Notes under the pieces: generated by a model
Seen by the model: the letters and a program-made list of their open reading frames with translations, nothing else
The model's database searches: none
Told to the model about the DNA's origin: nothing
Shown: one piece after another, positions 28,297-38,652 of the stretch
Position numbering within the stretch: the stretch's first letter is position 1
How the letters are laid out: every line of letters starts with the position of its first letter
Origin: an uncultured Planctomycetales bacterium
GTDB lineage: Bacteria; Omnitrophota; Gorgyraeia; Gygaellales; Profunditerraquicolaceae
Assembly (NCBI GenBank): GCA_964545575.1
Contig: CAZJFL010000002.1
Location: 59,564 to 123,563, forward strand
Direction: 5' to 3'
Length of the DNA: 64,000 bases
Position numbers and translations under genes: made by a program

Positions 28297-30089
28297 ATTT
28301 TTAATACCTCCAGAAATGCCTCCTGTGGGATCTCTACCCTGCCGAATTGCTTCAGGCGTTTTTTCCCTTCGCTCTGCTTTTCCCAGAGTTTTCGTTTACG
28401 GGTGATATCTCCGCCATAACACTTAGCGGTGACGTGTTTTGCCAGCGCCCGGATTTTTTCGGAAGCGATTATTTGCGAACCTATTTTGGCCTGTATGGCT
28501 ATTTCAAATACCTGTCGCGGTATCAATTCTTTTAATTTGCCGACTAAGGCATGCGCTTTGTGTGCCGCCTTGTCTTTAAAGATCAGCGAAGAAAAAGCGT
28601 CACAGACGACGCCGTTAAGCATGATCTCTAATTTTACTATATCTGTGGAGGAATAACCTTGGAATTCGTAATCTATTGAACCGTAACCGCGGGTCAGAGA
28701 TTTCACCAGGTCATAAAAGTCTACGATGATCTCTGAGAGCGGCAGATCAAAGATTAATTTTATCCGGTCTTCGCCGAGATGCTCTTTGGAGGAGAATGTG
28801 CCGCGGCGGGATTTGGCCAGTTCGCAAACCGGCTCGATAGTATCCACGGGCACGATCATCAGCAGCTTAACATAGGGCTCTTCTGTTTCGGCAATATCGG
28901 ACGCAGGCGGAAGTTTCGCCGGAATATCCACATCTAGTATGCTGCCGTCCTTTTTTTTGATTCTGTAGACTACGTTAGGGACGGTCAGGATAAGGTTTAA
29001 ATTATATTCTCTCTCCAGGCGCTCCTGGACTATCTCCATATGTAAAAGGCCGAGAAACCCACAGCGGAAACCCGCTCCGAAAGACTGCGAGTTTTCCGGG
29101 CCAAAAACAAAAGAGGCGTCGGATAATTTTAGCTTATCAATGGCGTCGCGCAATTTAGTAAAATCTCCCGGATTCACCGGGTATACGCCGCAGAAAACCA
29201 GAGGTTGAATCGTGCGGTAACCGGGCAACGGATCGCGGCAGGGATCTTTATTATCGGTAAGCGTATCGCCGATAATGATCTCCCGGGGGTCGCGCATATT
29301 TGCGGTAAAATAACCTACCTCTCCGCAGGTCAGGGTATTGACCCGGGAATATTTCAGGTCTTCAAATACTCCCAGCTCTTCTATTTTATAATTTTTCCCG
29401 GAGTGCATCATTTTCAGTTGCGTTAGAGGATCGATTTTTCCCTCCACTACCTTAATAAAGACTACTACGCCCTTAAAAACATCAAAGCGGCAGTCAAAGA
29501 CCAGGGCCTTTAACTGGTGGTTGATCTCACCTTTTGGATAAGGTATCACTTCTACCACTCTCTCTAATATTTCTTCTATGCCTAATCCTTCTTTAGCGGA
29601 GGCGTACAATATTTCTTCTTTTTTGAAACCTAGAACACTGGTGATTTGCCTCTCGGTACGTTCTATATCTGCAGAGTTTAAATCAATTTTATTGATTACC
29701 GGGATGATTTTAAGTTTATTATCTTGGGCTAAATAATAATTGGCTACGGTCTGGGCTTCAATGCCCTGCCCGGCATCTACTAACAGGATCGCTCCTTCGC
29801 AGGCAGCCAGGGATTTAGAGACTTCGTAGGTAAAATCCACGTGGCCGGGGGTATCTATTAAATTTAAAACATAATCTTTGCCGTCATGCGCATGGTAAGA
29901 TAACCTGACCATAGAAGCCTTAATGGTTATGCCGCGCTCCCGCTCTAAATCCATATCGTCGAGCAGCTGGTCTTTAGAGTGCCTTTTATCTACCGCGCCG
30001 GTTAATTCCAGTATTCTGTCCGCAAGGGTGGATTTACCGTGGTCGATATGGGCAATAATAGAAAAGTTGCGGATTAAAGTTTTATCCAT
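28293..30089 (-). CDS. lepA: Elongation factor 4 (LepA)
   Basis: 598 aa translational GTPase (AHIDHGKSTLADR) with the LepA-specific C-terminal domain. Confidence 0.95.
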   Translation of the reverse strand: MDKTLIRNFSIIAHIDHGKSTLADRILELTGAVDKRHSKDQLLDDMDLERERGITIKASMVRLSYHAHDGKDYVLNLIDTPGHVDFTYEVSKSLAACEGAILLVDAGQGIEAQTVANYYLAQDNKLKIIPVINKIDLNSADIERTERQITSVLGFKKEEILYASAKEGLGIEEILERVVEVIPYPKGEINHQLKALVFDCRFDVFKGVVVFIKVVEGKIDPLTQLKMMHSGKNYKIEELGVFEDLKYSRVNTLTCGEVGYFTANMRDPREIIIGDTLTDNKDPCRDPLPGYRTIQPLVFCGVYPVNPGDFTKLRDAIDKLKLSDASFVFGPENSQSFGAGFRCGFLGLLHMEIVQERLEREYNLNLILTVPNVVYRIKKKDGSILDVDIPAKLPPASDIAETEEPYVKLLMIVPVDTIEPVCELAKSRRGTFSSKEHLGEDRIKLIFDLPLSEIIVDFYDLVKSLTRGYGSIDYEFQGYSSTDIVKLEIMLNGVVCDAFSSLIFKDKAAHKAHALVGKLKELIPRQVFEIAIQAKIGSQIIASEKIRALAKHVTAKCYGGDITRKRKLWEKQSEGKKRLKQFGRVEIPQEAFLEVLKI

Positions 30090-30744
30090 TTTGACGAATA
30101 CGGCTAAGTACCTCTTTTACCACTTCTTCTATAGTCATGTTAGTAGTATCTATATAAATAGCGTCGTCGGCTTTCTTTAAAGGCGCGAATTCCCGGGTGG
30201 AATCGATAGTGTCACGGTTTTTTATGTCTTTGGCCACTTCTTCCGGGTTTATTTCCTGCCCCAGCTCTTTTAATTCTTTATGGCGGCGGCGGGTGCGCTC
30301 TTCGGGGTGGGCATCGATGTAAAACTTCCGATCCGCATCGGGAAAAACCACCGTCCCGATATCCCTGCCGTCTAAAACGCTGTCTCTGAGTTTACCGAGC
30401 TTACGTTGTAAACCCAGCATCACCTCGCGCACGCCTTTTATTTTGGCGATATCCGAGACCAGTTTAGTGATGCGCGGCTGACGGATAAGCGCTGAGACGT
30501 CCCTGCCATCAAGAAAGATTTCTAAAGACCCGCCGGCGTCATTTTTTAAATCAATGGCCGAATGGCGCGCCAACTCAATCAGCCCGGCAGCATCTTGGGC
30601 GTCTACTTTCTCTTCAATCGCTTTTAAAGTGAGGGCGCGATACATCGCTCCGGTATCAATATAAAGAAAACCGAGCTCGCCCGCCACGATTTTGGCAATC
30701 GTGCTTTTACCGGCTCCGGCAGGACCGTCGATGGCAATAATCAT
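30082..30744 (-). CDS. cmk: Cytidylate kinase
   Basis: 220 aa, IAIDGPAGAGKSTIAK P-loop and the CMP kinase family pattern. Confidence 0.92.
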   Translation of the reverse strand: MIIAIDGPAGAGKSTIAKIVAGELGFLYIDTGAMYRALTLKAIEEKVDAQDAAGLIELARHSAIDLKNDAGGSLEIFLDGRDVSALIRQPRITKLVSDIAKIKGVREVMLGLQRKLGKLRDSVLDGRDIGTVVFPDADRKFYIDAHPEERTRRRHKELKELGQEINPEEVAKDIKNRDTIDSTREFAPLKKADDAIYIDTTNMTIEEVVKEVLSRIRQNG

Positions 30745-31571
30745 CCTAAGAGTTCTCTTTTAGTTTTTGCTTTTTTTAGGATTCCCAGTAACGACTTTTT
30801 GTCTTTCCTGGCTACTGCGGATTTTATTCCGGCGAGCTCCTGCTGGAAGGCAGCTATTGCTTTTAGTATATTCCTGCGATTGCTTAAGAATATATCCGCC
30901 CAGAGCCCGGCATCGGAATAGGCGATGCGGGTAGTATCCTTCAAGCCGCCAGAGGCCAACTTTAAATGCTGCCGGGGTACTGCGCCGATTAAAGAAAAAG
31001 CAGCTATATGCGGCAGGTGGCTGATAAAGGATAATATTCTGTCGTGCTTATCCGGGGCTAAGTTTACCGTCCTGGCGCCTACCGCCTGCCAGAATCTTTT
31101 TATTTTATTTAAAACTGCCGACCGGGTAGCGCGCGTAGGAGTGAGAATACATAAAGAATTATTAAACATCTTGGCGCAGGCGTTGACCACGCCTTTCTTC
31201 TCTGAACCGGCTAAGGGGTGACTCCCCAGATAATGCGGAAAAACCTTTTCTAATTTAGAGACGATTTCGCCCTTGGTGCTGCCGACATCGGTGACCAGAC
31301 AATCTTCTCTGGCGATTTTAGCAATCTTGAGCGCCAGGGCAATGATGGTATCTACGGGGGCAGCCAGGATAATCAGGTCTGCGTCTTTGACTATTCCGAT
31401 ATCCTGCGAAGCGATATCTATCGCCCTGTTCCTTAATGCCGCGCGCAAAGTTTTTCTCTGCCTGCTCACTCCGATTACCTGATGCGCCAGGCCTTTCTTC
31501 TTGATCGCCAGGCCTAAAGACCCTCCGATCAAACCTACCCCGACAATCGCTATTTTATTGAATAGTTTCAT
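30741..31571 (-). CDS. tyrA: Prephenate/arogenate dehydrogenase
   Basis: 276 aa, N-terminal Rossmann IAIVGVGLIGGSLG and the PDH family core. Confidence 0.85.
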   Translation of the reverse strand: MKLFNKIAIVGVGLIGGSLGLAIKKKGLAHQVIGVSRQRKTLRAALRNRAIDIASQDIGIVKDADLIILAAPVDTIIALALKIAKIAREDCLVTDVGSTKGEIVSKLEKVFPHYLGSHPLAGSEKKGVVNACAKMFNNSLCILTPTRATRSAVLNKIKRFWQAVGARTVNLAPDKHDRILSFISHLPHIAAFSLIGAVPRQHLKLASGGLKDTTRIAYSDAGLWADIFLSNRRNILKAIAAFQQELAGIKSAVARKDKKSLLGILKKAKTKRELLG

Positions 31572-31583
31572 CTTTTGCCTTTC

Positions 31584-32600
31584 TTAGATTTCTCTTCCTT
31601 CAATTTTAGCCAGTCCTTTCAATTCGCTCATCAGCTGGGCGAAATTATCCGGCAGTAACGACTGTGAGCCGTCAGAGAGAGCTTCTTCCGGGTGAGTATG
31701 CACTTCGATAATCAAACCGTCGGCACCGCAGGCAATAGCGGCTTTGGATAACGGCGCAACTAAACCCCACTTACCCGCGGCGTGACTAGGGTCAACTATT
31801 ATCGGCAGGTGGGAAAGTTGTTTCACTACCGGTACGGCGCTGATATCCAGGGTGTTGCGGGTGGAGTCTTCATAAGTCCTGATGCCCCGCTCGCAGAGGA
31901 TCACGCTAAAATTACCCCCTGCCAGTATATACTCCGCAGACATCAGCAGCTCTTTTACGGTCGAGGACATCCCGCGCTTTAACAGGACCGGCTTCTTGGT
32001 CAGGCCTACTTCTTTGAGCAGGTTAAAGTTCTGCATATTGCGCGCGCCGATCTGAAAGATATCCACATACTTATCTACCAGGCCTACGTCGCGCGGATCC
32101 ATTACTTCTGTTACGGTAACCAGGCCTAAATCACGGCCTACTTCATTTAAATACTTCAATCCCTCTTCACCTAACCCTTGAAAGCTGTAGGGTGAGGTGC
32201 GCGGTTTAAAGGCACCGCCCCTTAAAACGCAAGCCCCGGCCTTTTTTACTTCTTTGGCGATTTCACGCAGGGTATCTATATTTTCTACGGCGCAAGGCCC
32301 GGCCATAACTATTATTCTCTTGCCGCCGATTTTTACCCCCTTGCCCAAATCAATTACCGAAGCCTCTGGTTTAAACTCTCGGGAGACCAGCTTATAGGGG
32401 GCTAAGACCGGCATTACTTTTTCTACGCCGGGAAAAACCTCCAGGGGCGTCACCTGCAATATGTCTTCCGGCCCGATCACCCCGATAATGGTGCGCTCCG
32501 TGCCTTTGGAGATATGCGGGGTAAGGCCGAGTTTTTTTACTTTTTCGATGATATGGTTTACTTGTTCTTCCGTGGCATCGCGTTTTAAAACAATAATCAT
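31584..32600 (-). CDS. aroF: 3-deoxy-7-phosphoheptulonate (DAHP) synthase, type I-beta, with an N-terminal ferredoxin-like regulatory domain
   Basis: 338 aa, KDO8PS/DAHPS-I-beta core (GPCAVEN...[11 protein letters not shown]). An N-terminal ~70 aa regulatory domain resembles the Thermotoga-type enzyme. Confidence 0.85.
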   Translation of the reverse strand: MIIVLKRDATEEQVNHIIEKVKKLGLTPHISKGTERTIIGVIGPEDILQVTPLEVFPGVEKVMPVLAPYKLVSREFKPEASVIDLGKGVKIGGKRIIVMAGPCAVENIDTLREIAKEVKKAGACVLRGGAFKPRTSPYSFQGLGEEGLKYLNEVGRDLGLVTVTEVMDPRDVGLVDKYVDIFQIGARNMQNFNLLKEVGLTKKPVLLKRGMSSTVKELLMSAEYILAGGNFSVILCERGIRTYEDSTRNTLDISAVPVVKQLSHLPIIVDPSHAAGKWGLVAPLSKAAIACGADGLIIEVHTHPEEALSDGSQSLLPDNFAQLMSELKGLAKIEGREI

Positions 32601-32609
32601 AAAATCCTC

Positions 32610-34580
32610 CTACTTAAAATTAGGGCTTAACTCTTTTATCTTGTCTCTTAACGCCGCGGCTTTTTCAAACTGGAGGTTCCTGGCCGCTAGCTCCATCTCG
32701 TATTCTAATTCTGCGATATATTTGTTTAATTCGTATTCTTCTTTATTTTGTCCGGTTAAACCGATAATAAACTCATCAACTTCCTGCAAGTCTTCAATCC
32801 CCTGCCGGATCGCTTTTTGAATTGAACGGGGAGTGATCGAGTTTTTACGGTTAAACTCTAATTGTATTGACCTGCGCCGGTTGCTTTCGGCAATGGCTTT
32901 TTTCATTGAGCCGGTTACGGTATCGGCGTACATGATTACCGTGCCGTTCTGGTTACGCGCGGCGCGGCCGGATACCTGAATCAAAGAAGTCGCGGAGCGC
33001 AAAAACCCCTCTTTATCCGCGTCTAAAATCGCCACTAACGATACTTCCGGTAGGTCCAAACCCTCCCTTAAGAGGTTTATACCCACCAGGCAATCAAAAT
33101 CTTTTTTTCTTAAGCTCCGGAGTATCTGGGAGCGTTCTATGGTCTGGATTTCAGAATGGAGATATTTTACCCTTAATCCTTTCTCTTGTAAATAGTTAGT
33201 TAGGTCCTCGGCCATCCTTTTGGTTAAGGTGGTCACTAAGACCCTTTCGTTATTTTTACTGCGCATTTTTATTTGTTCTATTAAATCTTCGATTTGGCCT
33301 GCGCTAGGCTTTAAAATTATCTCATGGTCCAGGAGTCCCGTCGGCCGGATAATCTGCTCAATCGCTACACCCTTACTTTGCTTGATTTCGTATTCATTGG
33401 GGGTAGCCGAGACAAAAACCACCTGTTTCACCAGCTGATCGAATTCCTCGAACTTCAAAGGCCGGTTATCCAGGCAGGAAGGGAGCCGGAAGCCGTAATC
33501 TACCAGAATTTCTTTTCTGGCGCGGTCGCCTTCGTACATCCCTCTTATCTGGGGGGTGGTTACGTGGGATTCGTCAATAATAGTGAGGAAGTCGCCGGAA
33601 AAATAATCAATCAAACAATAAGGCCTTGACCCCGCGGGCCTGCCGGAGATATGGCGCGCATAGTTTTCAATGCCGTGGCAATATCCGATCTCTTTGAGCA
33701 TCTCCATGTCGTATTTGGTGCGGGATTCCAGGCGCTGCGCTTCCAGCAGTTTATTTTTACTCCTTAAGAGGCTAAGCTGCTCTTTTAATTCGCGCTCAAT
33801 GGAACTGATCGCATTGGCAGTCTTGTCTCCGGAGACGATAAAATGCTTTGCCGGGTAGATGGCTATTTTTTCCAGGTTGTTTAAAGTTTCTCCGGAGACG
33901 GGATTTATTTCGGAGATCTTGGCTATTTTATCCCCGCATAATTCAATACGTACTGCCTTCTCTTCATAGGAGGGGAAAACTTCTATGCAGTCTCCCCTGA
34001 CGCGTAGCCGGCCCCGGGTAAACTCGTAATCATTTCTTTCGTATTGGATATCGATAAACTCTGAAATTATCTTGTCGCGGCTCCTCTCTTTATCCTTTTC
34101 TATAAAAACGAGCATCTCCTGATAATCTTGCGGGCTTCCCAGATTATAAATGCATGATACGGAAGCTACGATCAACACGTCGCGGCGGCTCATCAATGAC
34201 GTGGTTGCCGAAAGCCGCAGGCGGTCTAAGCGGTCATTGATCGAAGCATCTTTTTCTATATAGGTATCTGTGGAGGGGATGTAGGCTTCCGGCTGATAAT
34301 AATCGTAGTAGCTAACAAAATATTCTACGGCATTGTGCGGAAAAAACTCTTTGAATTCGGAATATAACTGCGCGGCTAAGGTCTTATTATGCGAAATTAC
34401 CAGGGTCGGCAGGTTAATCTTAGCGACAACATTGGCTAAGGTAAAAGTTTTTCCTGAGCCGGTCACTCCCAGGAGCGTCTGGTAGCGTTTTTTTGCTTCC
34501 AGAGAACCAACCAGTTCTTTGATCGCCCTGGGCTGGTCGCCGCAGGGCTTGTATTTTGAGACAAGCTTAAACCCGGACAA
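32610..34580 (-). CDS. uvrB: Excinuclease ABC subunit B
   Basis: 656 aa, helicase motifs, beta-hairpin region, C-terminal UVR domain. Confidence 0.95.
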   Translation of the reverse strand: MSGFKLVSKYKPCGDQPRAIKELVGSLEAKKRYQTLLGVTGSGKTFTLANVVAKINLPTLVISHNKTLAAQLYSEFKEFFPHNAVEYFVSYYDYYQPEAYIPSTDTYIEKDASINDRLDRLRLSATTSLMSRRDVLIVASVSCIYNLGSPQDYQEMLVFIEKDKERSRDKIISEFIDIQYERNDYEFTRGRLRVRGDCIEVFPSYEEKAVRIELCGDKIAKISEINPVSGETLNNLEKIAIYPAKHFIVSGDKTANAISSIERELKEQLSLLRSKNKLLEAQRLESRTKYDMEMLKEIGYCHGIENYARHISGRPAGSRPYCLIDYFSGDFLTIIDESHVTTPQIRGMYEGDRARKEILVDYGFRLPSCLDNRPLKFEEFDQLVKQVVFVSATPNEYEIKQSKGVAIEQIIRPTGLLDHEIILKPSAGQIEDLIEQIKMRSKNNERVLVTTLTKRMAEDLTNYLQEKGLRVKYLHSEIQTIERSQILRSLRKKDFDCLVGINLLREGLDLPEVSLVAILDADKEGFLRSATSLIQVSGRAARNQNGTVIMYADTVTGSMKKAIAESNRRRSIQLEFNRKNSITPRSIQKAIRQGIEDLQEVDEFIIGLTGQNKEEYELNKYIAELEYEMELAARNLQFEKAAALRDKIKELSPNFK

Positions 34581-34581
34581 T

Positions 34582-35463
34582 TTAGATGACCTCTAAGCTT
34601 AAATCTACCGACTCCAGGGAATGGGTTAATTCGCCGATAGAAATAATATCTACCCCGCAGGAGGCGATTTTACGCACACTCTTTAAATCTACGCCGCCGG
34701 AGGTTTCTAGTTTAGTCCGAGGGTGGTGGCTGTTAAAGACAGTGTTATTTCTGATTTTTACCGCTTTTTTAATCTCGGCTAGGTCCATATTATCCAGCAT
34801 AATCACATCGGGTTTAAACCTGAGGGCATGCCTGAACTCATCGAGATTCTGTACTTCTATCTCTATTTTAAACCCTTTGGGCACGCTGGGCAGCCGGTCA
34901 TAACCTGCGGTGACTTTAATATGATTGTCCTTAATCAGAATCATCTCGTCTAAACCCATACGGTGATTGTATCCCCCGCCGATTCTTACGGCGTATTTCT
35001 GCAGTTCGCGCAGGCCAGGCATAGTTTTTCTGGTGTCGGTGATTTTTGTCTTATAGGGCTCTATCTTTCTGACGTATTCGCGGGTCTTAGTAGCCACTCC
35101 CGACATCATCGATATAAGATTAAGCGCTACTCTTTCTGCGGTTAAGATACTCCTGGCTTTTCCGGAAAGTTCGGTGATGATCTTGCCTTTTTGGGCAGGC
35201 TTGCCGTCTTTACTTAAGGGTTTAAAAGAAATGTCCTTATCTACCGCCTTAAACACGGCTTCGGCAACCTCCAGGCCGCAAATTATACAGTCTTCTCTGA
35301 CTAAAATTACGGCCTTAATCTCTTTATCTTCGGGAATAGTGAGCCGGGTAGTGATATCTCCTTTGCCGATATCCTCGATCAGCGCCTTGCGCACGATTAC
35401 TTCCAGCCTTGATTTTTCTATATGGGGAGCCGCATCCGAGAGAAAATATTTATCTAAAGCCAT
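34582..35463 (-). CDS. nadC: Nicotinate-nucleotide pyrophosphorylase (carboxylating)
   Basis: 293 aa, type II PRTase family pattern. Confidence 0.9.
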   Translation of the reverse strand: MALDKYFLSDAAPHIEKSRLEVIVRKALIEDIGKGDITTRLTIPEDKEIKAVILVREDCIICGLEVAEAVFKAVDKDISFKPLSKDGKPAQKGKIITELSGKARSILTAERVALNLISMMSGVATKTREYVRKIEPYKTKITDTRKTMPGLRELQKYAVRIGGGYNHRMGLDEMILIKDNHIKVTAGYDRLPSVPKGFKIEIEVQNLDEFRHALRFKPDVIMLDNMDLAEIKKAVKIRNNTVFNSHHPRTKLETSGGVDLKSVRKIASCGVDIISIGELTHSLESVDLSLEVI

Positions 35464-38299
35464 CTCTTGCCGCCTTTACTTTTTTTAAAGCTTCTTTTAG
35501 CTCCTCTAGTTTAGAGCTTTCTTTTGCTACGATCTCTTCCGGCGCCTTCTTTACAAACTCCTTATTCGCCAAAGTTTTTTCTTTGGCTTTTATTTCTGCT
35601 TCTACTTTAGCGATCCTGTCTTCTAGCTTAGCCTTTTCTTTTTCTATATCGATAACACCTTCTAGGGGAAGAGTGATATGCATGTCTTTGACAATAGCGC
35701 TGATACTGGATTTTATATGGGTATATTTTTGTTCTATATCGAGGCGGCTTAACTTAGCCAGTTTTTTGATCTGGGCAGACAGCCCGGAAACCAGTTCTCT
35801 TGTTTCCTTTGCTGCGCTTGAAATGATGGCGTTTATTTCCTCGTCCTGCGGGATATCCAGCTCCTGGCGCATATTTCTTATAGTGGTGATTGTCTCTAAA
35901 ATCAAGCTCATCCTCTCTTCTAATTTCTTATCGATTATTTGCTCCTGGATGTGCGGCGAGGGCTGAATGCTGATGGATTTCCCTTGATGAGGAAGCGCCT
36001 GCCAGACCTCTTCGCTAATAAAGGGCATAAAAGGATGGATTGCGCGCAGGAACTTTTCCAGCACCTTGTACATGACTACTTGGATTTGCGGATTTTTAAT
36101 ATCTGATTTAATCATCTCCAGGTACCAGTCGCAGAACTCATGCCAGAAGAAGCCGTATAAAAGGTTTGCCGCTTCGTTAAAACGGTAAGCCGCCAAATTA
36201 TTATTTACTTGCTTAAGCGTAGAATAAAATCTGCTTAAAATCCAGCGGTTAACTAAGCCAAATCCTTTATAAGGGGCTGTCCCCGCAGAAGGCGGGGCAC
36301 CAAACCATTCCCGCAAAGGCGGGACACCGACGCATCCTTTAGCGTCGGGTGCAGGTTTGGGTGCCTCCGTAATACCAAGATTCATCAGGATAAACCGGGA
36401 GGCGTTCCAGATTTTGTTGGCAAAGTTCCTTCCCTGTTCAAATCTTTCTTTGGAAAGATGCACATCCTGGCCCTGGGCCGTGATTGCAATCAGGCTGAAA
36501 CGCAGAGCATCGGCGCCGTATTCATTAATAATGTCCAGCGGGTCAATGATATTGCCCAGCGACTTGGACATCTTTTTGCCTTCGATATCGCGCACTGTGC
36601 CGTGGATATAGACATCCTTAAAGGGTATCTCTTTCATGAATTCCAGGCCCGCCATGATCATGCGCGCCACCCAGAAGAAAATGATTTCCGGAGCAGTAAC
36701 CAGAACCGAGGTAGGGTAAAAATAAGCTAAATCTTTTTGCTTATCGCTTATCGCTAATCGCTTATCGTCTTGCACGATATGCGATATGCGATATGCGCTA
36801 TGCTCGAATGGCCAGTAAAAGACCGCAAACGGCCACAGCCAGGAAGAAAACCAGGTATCCAGCACGTCTTCGTCCTGATAGATATCAGTCGAGCCGCAAT
36901 GTGGACACTTGTCGGGTTTAATTCTGGAAACTATAACTCCCTCCTGCTTATCGCTTATCGCTAATCGCTTATTGGCCTTTTGCGATATGCGATATGCGAT
37001 ATGCGATATGCAGTTCTTACAATAATAAACCGGCAACCTGTGCCCCCACCAGATCTGGCGCGAGATGCACCATTCTTGAATATTCTCCATCCAGTCCAAA
37101 TATACCTTAGTCCAGCGCTGCGGATAGAATTTAATTTTACCCTTTTTAACTGCCTCTATCGCCGGTTTTGCCAGCGACTGCATCTTCACAAACCATTGTT
37201 TGGATAAATACGGCTCAATAATGGTGTGGCAACGGTAACAATGGCCTGCGGATAACGGATGAGGTTCGACTTTTTCTAGCAATCCTTTTTCCTTTAAATC
37301 CTCCAGAATTACTTCCCGCGCCTGGAATCTATCCATATCTTTATAATCACCGGCAAACTCATTCATGCGTCCGTCAGGATGCATCACGTTGATAAACTCC
37401 AGCTTATGTTTCTTTCCTAAAAGATAGTCATTAGGATCGTGCGCCGGAGTTACCTTAACCGCACCTGTGCCAAATTTCATATCCACCAGGCTATCGGCAA
37501 TGATTTTTATCTGCCGGTTGATCAATGGTAAAATCAGGATTTTACCGACGAGTTTTTTATAGCGTTTATCTTTGGGGTTGACCGCAACGGCTGTATCTCC
37601 GAGCATGGTTTCCGGACGTGTAGTCGCTACTACGACATGATCAGGGACAGTCCCCTTCAGGGACAGTCCCTGTGCTTCCTTTAGCGGATACCTCAAGTAA
37701 TATAAATTTCCCTGCAATTCGTGGTGTGGCGCCTCTTCGTCAGAAAGGGCAGTCTGGCAGCGCGGGCACCAGTTGATGATGTAGCTGCCTCTATAAATCA
37801 GGCCCTTCTCGTATAATCTGACAAAAACTTCAATCACAGCTTGAGAGTATTCTTCATCCATGGTAAAGCGCGTACGCGACCAGTCGCAGGAAACACCTAG
37901 CTTCTTTAACTGATGAATTATAGTTACACCGTATTGCTCCTTCCATTGCCAGACCCGCGCAATGAATTTTTCCCGGCCTAAGTCCTGACGCTTCAGTCCT
38001 TCTTTGGCGATCGCCTTTTCTACCACATTTTGCGTAGCGATTCCGGCGTGGTCAGTTCCCGGCATCCAGAGGGATTCTTCGCCTTGCATGCGGTGATAAC
38101 GGATAAGGATATCCTGAATAGTGTTATTCAGGGCGTGTCCCATATGCAGAATCCCGGTAACATTTGGCGGCGGGATGACTATAGAGAAAGGCTTTTTTGC
38201 AGGGTCTGCTTTTGCGGCAAAAAGATTATTCTCTTCCCAGAATTTGTACCACTTCTCTTCGGTTTCCTTAGGGCTATATCGAGTAGGTATTTCATTCAT
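35450..38299 (-). CDS. valS: Valine--tRNA ligase carrying two in-frame palindromic-repeat insertions
   Basis: 949 aa class I aaRS with HIGH (ILHMGHALN), WCISRQ, the zinc knuckle CKNC...CPHCGS and KMSKS. Two ~66 bp repeat copies encode the extra peptides ...SHIAYRISQKANKRLAISDKQEG... and ...HSAYRISHIVQDDKRLAISDKQKD... Confidence 0.95.
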   Translation of the reverse strand: MNEIPTRYSPKETEEKWYKFWEENNLFAAKADPAKKPFSIVIPPPNVTGILHMGHALNNTIQDILIRYHRMQGEESLWMPGTDHAGIATQNVVEKAIAKEGLKRQDLGREKFIARVWQWKEQYGVTIIHQLKKLGVSCDWSRTRFTMDEEYSQAVIEVFVRLYEKGLIYRGSYIINWCPRCQTALSDEEAPHHELQGNLYYLRYPLKEAQGLSLKGTVPDHVVVATTRPETMLGDTAVAVNPKDKRYKKLVGKILILPLINRQIKIIADSLVDMKFGTGAVKVTPAHDPNDYLLGKKHKLEFINVMHPDGRMNEFAGDYKDMDRFQAREVILEDLKEKGLLEKVEPHPLSAGHCYRCHTIIEPYLSKQWFVKMQSLAKPAIEAVKKGKIKFYPQRWTKVYLDWMENIQEWCISRQIWWGHRLPVYYCKNCISHIAYRISQKANKRLAISDKQEGVIVSRIKPDKCPHCGSTDIYQDEDVLDTWFSSWLWPFAVFYWPFEHSAYRISHIVQDDKRLAISDKQKDLAYFYPTSVLVTAPEIIFFWVARMIMAGLEFMKEIPFKDVYIHGTVRDIEGKKMSKSLGNIIDPLDIINEYGADALRFSLIAITAQGQDVHLSKERFEQGRNFANKIWNASRFILMNLGITEAPKPAPDAKGCVGVPPLREWFGAPPSAGTAPYKGFGLVNRWILSRFYSTLKQVNNNLAAYRFNEAANLLYGFFWHEFCDWYLEMIKSDIKNPQIQVVMYKVLEKFLRAIHPFMPFISEEVWQALPHQGKSISIQPSPHIQEQIIDKKLEERMSLILETITTIRNMRQELDIPQDEEINAIISSAAKETRELVSGLSAQIKKLAKLSRLDIEQKYTHIKSSISAIVKDMHITLPLEGVIDIEKEKAKLEDRIAKVEAEIKAKEKTLANKEFVKKAPEEIVAKESSKLEELKEALKKVKAARDGFR
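36740..36804. repeat. Family B palindromic element (CTTATCG)n-loop-(CGATATG)n, copy inside valS
   Basis: GCTTATCGCTTATCGCTAATCGCTTATCG-TCTTGCA-CGATATGCGATATGCGATATGCGCTATGC. In frame in valS. Confidence 0.9.
36948..37012. repeat. Family B palindromic element, second copy inside valS
   Basis: GCTTATCGCTTATCGCTAATCGCTTATTGGCCTTTTGCGATATGCGATATGCGATATGCGATATGC. In frame in valS. Confidence 0.9.
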
Positions 38300-38304
38300 A
38301 AAAG

Positions 38305-38445
38305 TTAATGGGTATTAAGTATTTTTGTATCGATTTTTTCAAGATCCTTTTTATAACCTAATTTATATCCAGCGACAAGCAAAAATATCATTAAAAGAAC
38401 AGCTATAAGCATGGTAATTTTAAGTAAGTATCGTTTTTTAATCAT
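38305..38445 (-). CDS. Small hypothetical membrane protein (47 aa) in an AT-rich insertion; not in the ORF track
   Basis: Manual translation gives MIKKRYLLKITMLIAVLLMIFLLVAGYKLGYKKDLEKIDTKILNTH. Contains a degenerate copy of the cimA 3'-terminal sequence. Confidence 0.3.
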   Translation of the reverse strand: MIKKRYLLKITMLIAVLLMIFLLVAGYKLGYKKDLEKIDTKILNTH

Positions 38446-38451
38446 TTTGGT

Positions 38452-38652
38452 TTAAATCTTTCCTGCGCGGAATTTATCCTGAAGTTCAACAATTCTTTTT
38501 GGAAGCCTCTTCCTTACTATATACCAAAAATCCCACATTTGCTCTAAGCATTTAAGTCGTTGATACGGTGTTGTATTTTTTACCGCATCCTCAAGATGCT
38601 CAAAAGGCTCTATATCATGAATTTTTAAATTATTTTCTTTTATTTTGTTCAC
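38452..38652 (-). CDS. Hypothetical protein (66 aa) in an AT-rich insertion
   Basis: ORF overlapping the end of the upstream nucleotidyltransferase-fold gene by 23 bp. No recognisable domain. Confidence 0.35.
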   Translation of the reverse strand: MNKIKENNLKIHDIEPFEHLEDAVKNTTPYQRLKCLEQMWDFWYIVRKRLPKRIVELQDKFRAGKI

